The notes under the pieces: generated by a model | What the model saw: the letters and a program-made list of their open reading frames with translations, nothing else | Database searches by the model: none | Told to the model about the DNA's origin: nothing | Shown: one piece after another, positions 26,002 through 38,500 of the stretch | Layout of the letters: the number at the start of each line of letters is the position of its first letter | How positions within the stretch are numbered: the first letter of the stretch is position 1 | Made by a program: the position numbers and the translations under genes | DNA from: Chiloscyllium plagiosum | Lineage: Eukaryota | NCBI RefSeq assembly: GCF_004010195.1 | Contig: NC_057713.1 | Location: 110,193,490-110,257,489 of the forward strand | DNA length: 64,000 nt | Direction of reading: 5' to 3'

Positions 26002-26663
26002 AACCTTCTGCGGTAACATTTAAATTCCAGAGAAGATAAACTCGAAACACAAATCGCCGAGCCTTTCTGTCACAAGGTCCATCAAACATAAAAACTACAC
26101 AAACTAAAACCATTACAGTTAACAAACCTACAAAGTTATCAAAGATTATATACAATAAAAACCAAAAAAAGCCCCAACATATAAAGCGCCAACGGCACTG
26201 AATAGGGGAACTCAACCCCTGCCCAAAGGGGGCAACTACACATCCCAAAACCCAATTTCCCATCCCACTGCCAAGACTGCAGCCTGGGGATTTAAATACC
26301 TGAACCGGGTATAACCTGCCCATAAGTAGGCATCTAGCTATCCCAACCATTTTCCTGCCTCCCATCTAGAGCTGCACCGCAAACACAAGCAGAAAAGAAA
26401 GAAAATACACCATGGAATAGCAATGTGAATAAAGATTTTTTTTAAAAGAAAAAAGGGGTAAATACGTCACCCATCCTTTGGTATAACTTAACTTATAAAT
26501 TGAAAGTACATATCTCAAGCATGACCAAACATAGTTTAAAACAGAATATTGCCAATAAAAAAAGGAAAAAAATACCCAACTGGACTTCCTCTGTTTTATA
26601 AAGAATAAAGAACAGAGACATATCCAAACAATACTATTATTTGCACATACTAAATTGTTCAGA

Positions 26664-27464
26664 TTAGGTTAATTTGTCCACAAAGTCTCTTGCCTTCTCC
26701 GACATGTCAAAGACGTGTACAGATCCACCTGAGGTGATCTGAAGCACTGCCAGATACCTCAGAGTACTGGATCCCAAGTTCCCTCAGACTCCTCTTGACA
26801 CCATCATAGGATTTTCTTTTCTTTTCTGGATCACTGCCGCTGAGAAGTCCTGGAAGAACATAATCTGAGAGCCTTCGAAAACTAGGGCCTTCGGATCCTT
26901 CCCCTGGATTCTGGAAGCTTCCACGATTCTCTCCTTATCTTTATAATGATGAAACCGGACCAAGAGAGGACAAGAATGTTGACCTAGACCTGATCCCAGT
27001 GACCCGGTGAGCCCTCTCGATCTTCAAGTCTCTCATTCCAGCCTTCAAGTTAAGGAATTTTGGCAACCAGTCCTCAATAAATTCCACAGGCCGCTTACCT
27101 TCCTTACCCTATGGCAGACCGAAAATCCAAATATATTTTCTCCTGCCCCTGTTCTTAAGATCATCCACTTGGTCACATAAATTACAGACCTGCGTCTGCA
27201 GGGCTTGGATCCTATCCTTGGAGGAACTGGTATCAGCTTCCACAACTGTGACTCTGTGTTTAACCTCATTCAGGTCTCCCAGCTGCTGTTCAGGCTTCTG
27301 CAGAATGATAGAGATCAGGACCTGCTTCTCATCTATCTGCTTATTCAGCATCTCACGAGATTTCGCGAGGTCCTTCACCAGGACCTGGTAGGTAATCGAA
27401 TCAGAGGATCCGGCAGGCTGGGCCACAGGCCCAGCCCAGATGCTCTTCCTCCCTTCTTTGGCAT
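26664..27464 (-). pseudogene. L1 ORF1p (frameshifted)
   Basis: MPKKGGR start, coiled-coil region, DDLKNRGRRKYIWIFGLP motif, IMFFQDFSAAV, ending DFVDKLT*. Confidence 0.85.
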
Positions 27465-27626
27465 CTCTGGATGGTGAAAACGCAGCTAAGTTGATTTTTC
27501 ACAGTTTCCTGGGACTCCATGACCTTTCCAGAGTCCCAGGACATCGCAACAGTCCAGGTAGGGCGGGTTAGAAGTTCGTCCCACTTGTGCTGCGGTGCGG
27601 AGCTCTGCAACGCGATCCTCCTCGTT

Positions 27627-27640
27627 CGCCGCCATCTTGG
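27627..27640 (-). promoter_or_regulatory. YY1-type motif at the L1 5' end
   Basis: CCAAGATGGCGGCG located a few nucleotides from the G-rich element start. Confidence 0.65.
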
Positions 27641-27794
27641 ATCCCCTCGATAATCAAGTAAATATTAAGGCTTAACAAATTGCAGATAATCAGTAGAACT
27701 TAGTATTTAATATGAATGTGTCTCAATTTTTGTGCCACTTTAGGACTCTTTCACAATTAAAAGAAATTAGATTCTGAGAACTATTCCTATGTTG

Positions 27795-28500
27795 GACATT
27801 ATAAGAACATTGAATTTAGGAGCATGAGTCGGCCAATTGGCCCTTTGAGTTTACTCCAATAAGATTATGGTCGATCTGGTTGTGGTCTCAGCTAACTTTC
27901 CTCCTTGTCCCCATTATGCTTGACTCTCTGGTCTATGAAAAAAAAACTAACACAGCCTTCAATAAATTTAAAGACTCAATTCCACTACCTTCTGGGAAAG
28001 AGAATTCCATGGTCTAATGACCTTCCAAAAAGAGAATTCTCCTCATCCAGGTCTTAAAAGTGAGGCCACTTATTCTTAAATGATGTCCCTTCGACTCAAG
28101 GGGCTTATAGAGAGATATAAATAGATGAAGTGAGTGGGCAAAAATCTTGGCAGACACAAAACAATATTAGAAAATGTGAACTTATGTACTTTGGCAGGAA
28201 GAATAGCAGAGTTGACTTTATTTAAATTGGGAAAGATAGCAAAAACATGCAGCACAAAAGGATTTTGAGGTCCGAGTGCCTGAATCACAAAAAGCTCGCA
28301 TCAAATTTAGCAGGTAATAAGGAAGCAAATGGACTGTTGACCTTTGAAGGGAATGGGAGCATAAATATAGGAAGGTCTTGCTAAAACTATACAAAACATG
28401 AGTCAGACTGTAGCTGTGAATAGATTAAGCCCCATTAGCTAAGAAAAACTATACTAGCAATGGAGGCAGTCCAGAAAAGGTTCACTAGGTTGAATCTAAA
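27795..28500. mobile_element. Two fused CR1 fragments in opposite orientation (minus about 27795-28090; plus about 28100-28500)
   Basis: A reverse 3' tail (ataagaacatt...ggagcatgagtcggcc) followed by plus-strand RT C-terminal sequence. Confidence 0.65.
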
Positions 28501-28821
28501 TATGCAGTATTATGTCTGACTTGGGCACCAAATTTTAAGATGTCCAGGCCCAAGATGAAGAAACATGTAAGACCCTGGGGTTTCACTGGTCAAAGTGTCA
28601 GTAGACAGAAGCCATTCATTTAAACAAAATAAACAAAGGTGGGAGAAAGCAAATTTTCTTCATATGGCAACATGTTATGATCTGTAATACACTGGATGAA
28701 AGGATGGTAAAAGCAAATGCAATTGATACTTTCAAACATATTAGACATATGTGAACAGTACATATTTGCAGTGTACATTGTGAATAAAAACAAATAAATT
28801 ACATTAACTGTTCAGTTCTTT

Positions 28822-28950
28822 CAATGAGCCAATACAGCCACTAGCACAGCCACAATGAGCCAATACAGCCACTAGTACAGCCACAATGAGCCAATACAGC
28901 CACTAGCACAGCCACAATAAGCCAATACAGCCACTAGCACAGCCACAATG
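28822..28950. repeat. 31-bp minisatellite, about 4.2 copies
   Basis: Unit caatgagccaatacagccactagcacagcca repeated four times with only two substitutions. Confidence 0.95.
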
Positions 28951-29669
28951 GCCGAAAGGTCCCTTCTGTGTTGGTGGATTTTACGCTTGGGACTGGATTA
29001 GATTGGGATAGCTGGTCGGCATGGACGGGTTGGACCGAAGGGTCTGTTTCCATGCTGTCTATCTCGAAAGCTCTATGACCCTAAATAGTCCATATTCTAA
29101 GTTACCATGAGAAGTGCCATATATAGAAATAGACTTTGAAAATCAGATGCCATCAAAATGTGCTCCCATCATAATGTATGTGGCAATATGTGGACAAGTT
29201 TGAAATTATGCTGGAACCCAGATAAACCATATCCTGCTATGATATGGGAGCTCACCTTATGATAATCAGGACAGGACAGTAGCACAACAGTAGCGAAAGT
29301 GAATCCAACTGGTCATCAACAGGCTCAGAATAGTGGTCTTAAATCCCAAACAGGATCATGCAGGTGCCTTACAACAACAGGTGGAATCAGAGTTGGGGGG
29401 CACAGGGAAGGGAAGCAGGAAGCAAGTCACAGGGGTATAGTATGCGAGCATTACTAGCCAGCTATTCTTCAGTGAAACTTTGAGGACAGGCACTGTGGGG
29501 TCTGGTTCTTTTCACTTCACCGACTTTCAGTGAAAATCGCTTGAGAACCTTGTGCACTTAAATGGGGTCAGAAATCAGGTTCTTGGTCGATGAATCAGGA
29601 ATGGGGAATGGGGAATAAATGCTGGCCTAGTCAGTGACATCTACATTCTGTGAATGAATAAAATAACAG

Positions 29670-30230
29670 GAGTGTGGCAGGATTTAGCAGAGTCAACATG
29701 GATTTATGAAGGGGAAATTATATTGAAGAATAGGAACAGGAAGGTCTGGAGAAACGAAGCAGGCCTAACAGCATCTATGGAGAGAGAAACAAAGTCAATG
29801 TTTTGAATCAAACATGTTCCTTCTTCAGAAATAACGATATATTTTGACTTTTTGAGGAAATAACTCACAGAATTGATATGAGAGAACTGTTGGATATAAA
29901 ATATTTAGATTTTCAGAAAAAGTTTGGTAAGTTTCCACACAAGTGGTCAGTAAACAAGTTTCCACACAAGATGTCAGCGTAAGTGGATATATGATATAGG
30001 AGCAGAAAAGGAGGCTGGGCAGTGTTGAACTTGACAGAGACTTAGGTATCCTTGCTCATGAATCACTGAAAGTTGACTTGCAGGTCCAGTAAGCAATTAA
30101 GAAGGCAAATAGCATTTTAGCCTTTGTTACAAGAGGACGTAAGTACAGGATAAAGATGTCTGACTGCAATTATACATACAGCCTTGGTGAGATCACACCT
30201 GGAGTATGGAGTGCAGCTTTGATCTCTTTA
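29670..30230 (+). mobile_element. Old CR1 RT fragments, with a hammerhead-family element (minus, about 29740-29830) inserted
   Basis: QHGFMKG and YLDFQK-like sequence. Confidence 0.6.
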
Positions 30231-30354
30231 CTTTTGGGTAGATGGGACAGATCTTGCAAACAGGGTCAGGAGAAAGAGTAAACAGCACTGTGATTCTCTG
30301 ACAAGGACTTGGTAGACGGGATGATCCAGTGACGGGACACTCTTGTAAAGCATA

Positions 30355-31375
30355 GACAATACAAAATAGGAAGAGGAGAAGGCTATTTGGCCCTTTGAGC
30401 CTACTCCGTCATTCAATAGGATCATGGCTGATCCGATATTCCTTGTGTCTACGTTTCTGCCTTTTGCCCATAACTCTTGATTTCCCTATTGATCTAGAAT
30501 GTTTCTATCTCAGCCTTAAATATATAAAAGGATTCTACCCCACAGCTCTCTGTGACAAGGAGTTCTAAAGACTACAACCCTCTGAGAGAAGGAATTCCTC
30601 CTCATCTCAGTATTAAATTGGTACCCGTTTATTCTGAGTCTATGTTCTCTGGTCCCAGATTTTCCCACGAGGGGAAACATCCTCTTGGAATCTACTCTGA
30701 CAATTTCCTTAAGAAACCCATATGTTTCAAAGAGATCGCCTCTCATTATTTTAAACTCCAGTGAGTAGAGTCCCAATCTGTTTAGCTTTTGCTCAGAAAT
30801 CAATGCCCCCTCCCCCATACCAGGGATCATCCTAGTGAACGTTTCTGAACTTTCTCTAAAATAATATCTTTCTTTAAATAAGAGAACCAAAGCTGCTCAC
30901 AGTACTTCAGATGTGGTCTCACCAGCACCTTGTACAGTGACATACTCTTTACTCCAACTTCCAATCCTCTTGAATAATGGTCAATATTTTTCATTAGCCT
31001 TCCAGATTACCTGTTGCTAGTGTGTGCTAGCTTTCTGTGTTTCATGCACAGGTAACCCCCATGTACCTTTGTGTTGCAGCTTTCTGAAGTTTTTCTCCAT
31101 TTAAATAATATTGTTCTTTTATTATCTCTTCCAAAGTTAACAGTTTCACATTTTCCCACATTATAATCCTTTTGCTAACATTTTACCCAATTACTTAATC
31201 TATCAATATCTTTCAGTAAAATGTTTATTTCCCTCTTGCAACTCGCTCTTTCACCTATATTTGGGTCTTCCACAAATTTGACTACAGTATAGTACAGTGG
31301 CTTTCTTCCTCCAAGTCACTAATATATATTTTAAACAACTGCGGTCCCAGGACTGATCCTTGTAGAACTCCAGGA
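30355..31375 (-). mobile_element. CR1-type LINE 3' fragment
   Basis: FTRMIPGM..LNRLGLYSLEF..MRGDL..EMRRNSFSQRVV; GVLQGSVLGPQL at the 5' end. Confidence 0.85.
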
Positions 31376-31608
31376 CCCCATCCAACCCATGTACATGAGA
31401 CTGCACCTACGCACCTTTACCCCCTGAGCTCCTAGCTTATGCTGTGTCCAGGCTAGACGTGATCATGTACAGTTCTTGCCTTGAAATCAGAGTGCTCTTG
31501 CCTATGGATGAAACCATCTGCATTTTATCCCATTTTCATTCAAGCTTTACCTTATAGCCCCCTTATAAATATACCTGTCCCCCTTACAATTGTCATTTGC
31601 TCCTCCCA

Positions 31609-31637
31609 CAGAGAGAGAGACACACACACACACACAG
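31609..31637. repeat. Compound (GA)n(CA)n microsatellite
   Basis: Seen directly. Confidence 0.85.
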
Positions 31638-32179
31638 ACTGTGGCCTCCAAACCAAAAGTCCTATTGGGCTGCAGCCTATTCTCTGGAGAGTTCTAACTG
31701 GACAGCATTGAACAAAAAGTGCCCAGACCCCTGATTGATGACTGTCTATCTCCCTGACTGCATTGACCCTACACGAAAGACTACAGAGCCATAGGACTGA
31801 CAATGACCCACTTGCTAGACTGCTGGTCAAATAATTAATGACTGGAAACATGCTTGGGAATTTAACTTTATGATTCATCCATCTCCATTTTTGGCCATAT
31901 GGCATGACATCAGACAACAAACTTTGGTGCCGCACGTCAGGCATCACCTTCTTCTACATGGATATTTTTGAGTGATGGTATCAATTGGATGAAATTCTAC
32001 ATTTACAAAAACTTTTCAATTGCAAATTAGAGAAGCAAACACAAATCAAACAGAATGTGACTGAAAATACCTGAAAAAATTTTAAATTAGAAGATCTGAA
32101 AAAACTCAAAATAAAATCGAATTGCTAAATATTTTTGGAAAATCCTTTTCACCACAATCCTAACAGAACATCACGATTA

Positions 32180-32500
32180 ATGGGCAATCTGATAGAAATA
32201 TTAAAAGTATAATAAGCATGGATAAGGTGTTTAGTTGACATGTTTTCACCAGCATGGGGTTGTCAAATACCGAGGGACACAGATTTAAGGTGAGGGGGAT
32301 AATCTAAAGGAGATGTGTGAGGCAAGTTTTTTTTTACACAGACGGTATAGCTGGCTGGAAATAGATGCGATAGCAATCTTTAAGAAGCACTTAGGTAGAC
32401 ACAAGACCAGGGGTAAAGAATACAGTGATATATACAGGCAGATGAGATTAGTTTAGAATGGTGTCATCGCCAGTTCAGACTTGTTGGGTAAAGGGTCCAT
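32180..32500 (+). mobile_element. CR1 LINE 3' end
   Basis: gagggacacagatttaaggtgagggg...ggcaagttttttttacacag. Confidence 0.7.
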
Positions 32501-33739
32501 TTTATCCTCAATTAGCAATCTAACGATGCCACAAGCATCAATTTTTAAAAAATAAACCACAAATCCAACCTAAATAAGAACACTTTCTGTATTTGTATGA
32601 CTTTCATTTTGCAAGTCATGTAGGCTTTCCAATCATCTGGAAATTTTCAAGGTGTTTAGTCACCCTATCCTTCATCATAAAATCCAATAAATTTCCTAAT
32701 AACAGATGTTAACTGGCCTAGAAATGTCTGGTTTCCATCTCTCATTTTTCTTAACTAGTAGAGTAAATACACAACTTGGTCTATTCAAGTAAACTGCTGT
32801 TAGAGAGATATTGGTCTTTTGCTAGATGCAGAGATTTATTTCTGTCATTGAAATACTTATTTATCTATGGCACTGGTTAGCAAAGAATAATACAAGCTTT
32901 CATTAAGTTAATTAAAAAATGCTTACTATCCATTCTGCCAGATCTCTTACATTGCTCTATGTTTTTCTAATTCCACGCTCCAGCAGAGCAGCCTTTCTAT
33001 ACCCTAATCTTTGATTTATCAATAAATGAGTTAAGTAATTTCTACAAAAGTAGAAATGGAGTTGTGAAATCCCAATAAATTAATTGATCAAAATCTGTCA
33101 GCAATATTCCCACAGAAAACAGAATTTTCCCAGAAAAACACATACTTGTTAAGAGATTTTACTAGTTAATTTATGTTAAAGGAATGCAAATTGTTGTTCA
33201 ATCTACTCATGATCTTCCTTATGGCAGTGAACTGAGATGCTGTAGTACAGTCTAACATTAATAACTGAAAAAAACTAAAAAGATGTACCAAGATATAGAA
33301 TGCAATCGGTGATTAAATAAATAAATAACTTAAAATAAACGAAATGACAGCAGAGGACATTTTGGGACAAGTAGTTAACAGTGCCCTGTTAACCCTCATT
33401 CTAATATGATATCAGCAATCCAGGTTTGGGGATTTAAGTTCCACACCAGTGCCTTAAGCACAGAATTTAGGCTGGCTGTGTGGTACAATCGTGAGGAGGT
33501 GCACTGCTTAATATGCTACCTTTCTTTGTCCATTGCAAATTTGGATGGTGGGTGAATTTCAGAGGCAGTCAACAGCCATAAGATGTTTTCCAACATCCAC
33601 AGATTTGGAGCCCCACCTGACACAATGGAAACTGGCAAATCTAATCTTAATCAAGAGAGGGCAAATTCCATGTGTATTCTTTTTAATATTGAAAATCGTC
33701 ACAACTATCTAGCCATGATCTTGGAACAGCCGCCAGCTG

Positions 33740-34750
33740 TGGTCTGATACTCATTCCTGTTACATGGAGGGAGTGGGAGGGAAAACATCTCCCTGTGGTT
33801 CAAACACAGACCAAACCCTTACTAGATGTGAGCTCATTGCATTGACCTGAATGTCTTCGAAACAAATGTAGTGAACACACCTACTGACTGGAATTCCCCC
33901 TTGGTATGGGAATGGAGCTTCAACTGTTCCTTCATGCTGAACTACTACTTGTCCACATACTGAAGCAGGAGTCGGTCTGTCTTCCAAAAACGTTGTTTCT
34001 ACCTCACAGCTCAAGACAAACATTTCTCTTATCCCTTCCTTATCCATCCTCAGCCATATTTCTTTGCAAACTGGCCACCAAATTATCCAATTACAAACAA
34101 GAAACGAATTACAAGCACTGCACCTGGGGCTCTGTAACAATAATGAATAAATTAAGAAAGGATAGAGAAAGATGAAGGGGTTCAATCAAAATGGCATTGG
34201 AGGGGGGGAGAATCATGTACCCCAGGCCTCGTTATGCCTACCTCTCTCTAAAAGCCTCAACGGTGCTAGTGAATACAGCTTGCTCTCTTTGCAAAGACAC
34301 CCAGATACAAACATAGCCATAGAAGAGAGGCCCCATCCTTTGCCTGGAAAACTAGGCCTTTTTTCCTACAGCCACCAGCAAAGCATCCATATTGCCAAAT
34401 AAACAATATGTACAAAGTCTGACCAATAATATAATGTTAACAAAGGGAAACAGGGGCATGAACTCAAATTAAAGTTATGTCAGAGGATGCGATAATGCAC
34501 TCCAGCCCTCATCATGTTCACCTATCCCTAAAGGTTTCTAGAGTACAGGTGGACACCGTGTGTACCCTCTCCAAACTCAGGTACAAATGTAACTGCAGAA
34601 GGGGGACAGGCGGTCAGGAACTATGACCCCTTCCACAGATTGAAAACTAGCCCAACCACCAAATCAACCAAACAGTCAACTAAATAAATAAGTTATAGGC
34701 CGCAGTGCAACAATAATAAAACAAACAGTGTATAAAACAAGGGAGAGAGC
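33740..34750 (-). mobile_element. Possible ancient L1 spacer/endonuclease fragment
   Basis: Composition and faint EN-like peptide resemble region 25400-26600 of the younger L1. Confidence 0.3.
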
Positions 34751-34951
34751 TAAATCAAAATGATATCAGAAGGAGAGATAATGTACTCCAGTCCCTGCAA
34801 TGCCCCATTTATCTTCCATCACTTCACCCGTGCCTCCAATTAATTATCAAATTTACACGCAAAGCTCATCGGGGCAGTGCAATAACATGAAAGGTGAGGG
34901 AATCAACAATCAAAGTGGAGTTGAAGGGAGAAATAAGGCAGCCTGTGGCAC

Positions 34952-34955
<4 letters not shown>

Positions 34956-34983
<28 letters not shown>
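34956..34983. repeat. (CT)n microsatellite
   Basis: Seen directly. Confidence 0.95.
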
Positions 34984-35064
34984 AAAGGCATCAAATGCTC
35001 ATTTCTTTTAATAAAGCAGATCAGCAAAGCTAAATTCTCCACAGACACTTACATGCAATGAATA

Positions 35065-35185
35065 AAACCAAATACTGTTGATGCTGGAAATCTGAAATGA
35101 ACACAGAGAATGCTGGGGAAACACAGCTGGTCTGGCAGCATCTATGGAGAGAGAGTTACCAAATCCGATATGACTCTTCTTCACA
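35065..35185 (-). mobile_element. Degenerate Penelope-derived short element
   Basis: gatgctggaaatctgaaa...tctggcagcatctatggagagag...tcttcttca, homologous to the arms at 52328-52541. Confidence 0.65.
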
Positions 35186-35214
35186 CCCCAAATGTTCTAT
35201 AATTAGGGAACACA

Positions 35215-35550
35215 TTGGCATTGTGGTAATGTCACAGGATTAGTAATCCAGAAGCTCATAGGCAGGTGAACACAAGGCTTCAAATGACATCATGGCAGCT
35301 GATGGAATTTGAGTTAATAATTCTGGAATTGGAAACGAGTGTAAATAATGTTAACTATGAAACCATCATTGACTGTCCTAAAAACCCATCTGGTTTACTA
35401 GTTCAGTTTAGAGAAGGAAATTAGCTATCTTAACCTGGCCTACATGTGACTCCAGCCACACAGCAATATGGTTGACACTTAACTGCCTTCTGAAGTCACT
35501 CAGTTCAAGATTAAAATCAGGTATAGGCAATAAATGTCTGGTGACAACCA
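35215..35550 (+). mobile_element. Shark SINE-like repeat
   Basis: gtggtaatgtcac...gtaatccaga...aaaacccatctggttt...cctacatgtgactccag; a homologous copy lies at about 57575-57790. Confidence 0.6.
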
Positions 35551-38500
35551 TATCTCTTAAAAGGACGTTCAAATTTGAAGGGACATTCTCAACAAAAATT
35601 CACTTGGGAATATGGGAATTTAAAGCATCCTGCTTTGGAAGGAAATTACACTCACTTTTTTCCAACAAATGTTGTTGGTAGGGGTGGGGAGCAAGGGAAA
35701 GAGCCAAGTCTGCATGAAACTTTCTATTCTATTGTGAAAAGAGACATTTGAAGATGGCAGGCTAATTGAGTTGCAATATATTATCCTCCAGAAGGACAAG
35801 TGTGCCCCTCATCCATAAGGAAAGAGACAGTTATCCTTTTTAAATATTTTTCTGCATCACAATAATCCAAAGGAGACATAGCCAGAGATTGGGCTTAGGT
35901 AACCTCTCTCAGTTGGAGGTAGACATGGACTTTCTAGCCACAGGAGATAGTTACTGGAACATGCACCTACTGAAGCCTGCACCAATTCTTCTCATCAAAC
36001 TGAGGATCCCTTCCACTGACTCTGCAAATTCTGGTGAGGCCAAAGCTGATGGAGGCCAGTGGTTGTGCATAATCAACAGGGACATTACTTCTCACTGTCT
36101 GGTCTTTAGTCACAATCCAGAATTAATCAAGGGACATTAATTCAAACATTTTAAGATGATTTCTCTTGGCATTGCATACTTTTCATGTTTTGATTCCACA
36201 GCACCCATGAGCAATCAATGGGAGGCTGTAAATAAAAATGATTAAACATGTAAAGAAGCAGACGTTATTCCTTCTCTAAATGGGCTACAACATGTAAAAG
36301 GAAGCAGTTCACCCCTCTCACCCTCTTAACTAGTCAGCTTGCATGAGTGAAGTGTCTGATTATGTGTGTGATACTGCACCCAGAATCCTGGCAATCGAAC
36401 ATTTCAGACAATCAATACAATAATGAACTGAACTGTATTTCTCTTTCCACAGATGCTGTCAGATGTGTTTTGTCACCAGAGGGATCTTAATCTATTTGTT
36501 TCATAACTTTCATTCTGGATAAATACATGATGTGGTTAGTAGATTCCAGCTTTGTGTGTTTTTTCAAGGTTTATCTATTAAGACAAGCTGAGAAGGAGAA
36601 GGAATATAGGCACCTTAGTTCATAAACAGTGAAGATCACAAGCAATAGAACTAGGCCATTGGGAACACAATGGGGGTTTAGGAGTATATAGCTGGTATAT
36701 TCCAATCAGAAATTCAACAGTCAAAACCATTCTTGCAGAAATTAGAGTTATGGGTCTAGTTTTAAGCTCCACAATTATGGGAGATATTGAAGCCCTAGAA
36801 AAAGGTGCAGAGGGAAAGATGATATTAAAGATAATATTTAGACTTAAGTACTTAATTATTTAAATAGGCTAACTGAACCACAGTCAGTTCATTAGGAAAT
36901 TCAGTTGATATGATATTTTTCAATTGAGGAAGAGATTCTAACTCATTAGATTAATGATTTGAGTAAAAAATGAATGGAGAACCTGGCACATGATTACTAC
37001 GTAACTAGGCAGGAAGTCAAGTAATATTCCTTTCATTTTACTCACTCTGAAACTGATTACTAAATAAAATAATGAGATTAACTTCCTCCAAAAAAGAGCT
37101 CTCTGAAACTTTTGTAGGGGGGGAAGGTATCTTAAATACTGGGAAGTTGTGTACTTAAACTGAAAGATAATTATGCCAGAGGAAGAGAATTGGAAATAGC
37201 CACAGGTGAGTCAGACCAGTGAATTGGCAAGCTAAGGAAGAGTGGACATAAACTGCAGGACTTGGATGCCTGAACTGTCATAGTTGTAGAATAAAACTGT
37301 AACCATTAGGGTACATCATAAGGAAATGCAAAATGAAGAAGGCTGCTCAGTTCAGTTTATGTTATCTTACCAAAGCCATTACAACATTCCCCCACTGAAC
37401 CAATAAAATGTTCTTTAAAATATTCTAATATCTACTCCACTAGTTTATCAGTATGTTTATTGAACACCTCTCAACTCAGTCTGGAAAGTCAGGTGCACTA
37501 AGAAGCATTTGTGTTCATATTGCATTATACCATCAGGTAGTATTTTAAATCCTTTTGTTGTATTAAGTATCCAGGACCCTAATTACTACCTTGAATAGCA
37601 CAGATACCGGATGTATCTTCAGTTTGAGGAACTCAAGCTCTGGTTTTGGATTAGAGGTTGTTACCCCCAGCTTCAGATTGTGTGGCAAAGAGGGAATGGG
37701 GGAATTGCCATTGCAACCATGATAAAAGGCATCAGGAGGATGTGCAGGAGATCCAAGTGCATCGCACTCTTTAACTGGTATTTACTTTTCAACATTGGTG
37801 AGGGTGACTGTTTCTCTGGGAGGATAGATAGAGTTAAGAAAATGGTTCTATCGGTGTCCCAGCTGTCCCAGAAATAGGGATATGGCATTCAATATTGAGG
37901 ATGTGACTCTGGTATGTTACTTCCATAGTGAAAGGAGAAACAACCAGGAGCTAGTTTTCCATATTGGTGTTTATGATTTAGGTACAAATATGTGTGGTAC
38001 TGTAGATAGATACTAGGGAGCTAGAACAGAACATAGACGTAAAATGTTAACTCTATCTCTCTCTCCACAGACATTGTGAGATCTGTTGAGTATTTTCAGC
38101 ATTTTTCTCAATTTAAATTTAATCATTGAAGGATTAGAGTTGATTGAGGAGAATGTTTCTACACCCAGAGAGTGGAAATGGCCTGGAAACTGTTGCCAAA
38201 GGCCGATGGCCTCAATGTATCTTTAAAAATTAACTTGAATATATTCTTTAATATGCCCCAAGCTAAAGTGCTGTGGGCCAAGCAGTAGAAAATGGGATTC
38301 GATTGAATAGATTTTGAACAGGCACAGACACAATAGCGAGGTACTGGGAGAAAGACCCAGCTGATATTCTAATTGAGCACTATGGATTTCTGGATGGATC
38401 AGCAAAATTGTGCAGTTGTATTTATTCTGTGAACTTGCGAAAAGAATTATACTACATTTTGTGGATGTGCACGGAATCAGTCCCGTTTCCATATTTCTCT

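Larger units (their letters stand above)
22590..27646 (-). mobile_element. Near full-length degenerate L1-clade LINE
   Basis: 5' end GGGGATCCAAGATGGCGGCG, an ORF1, a long T-rich spacer, an ORF2 with EN, RT and CCHC-like domains, and a T-rich 3' UTR. Confidence 0.93.

Noticed and set aside
22560-27680. Target-site duplication for the L1
   Set aside because: No convincing direct repeat was found at the two ends, so the 3' boundary remains approximate.
28822-28950. CRISPR-like repeat array
   Set aside because: The units are contiguous with no unique spacers, the context is eukaryotic, and there are no cas genes.
29929-29970. 15-bp direct repeat aagtttccacacaag
   Set aside because: A small local duplication inside a decayed CR1; the 12-nt interval is too short to be an element.
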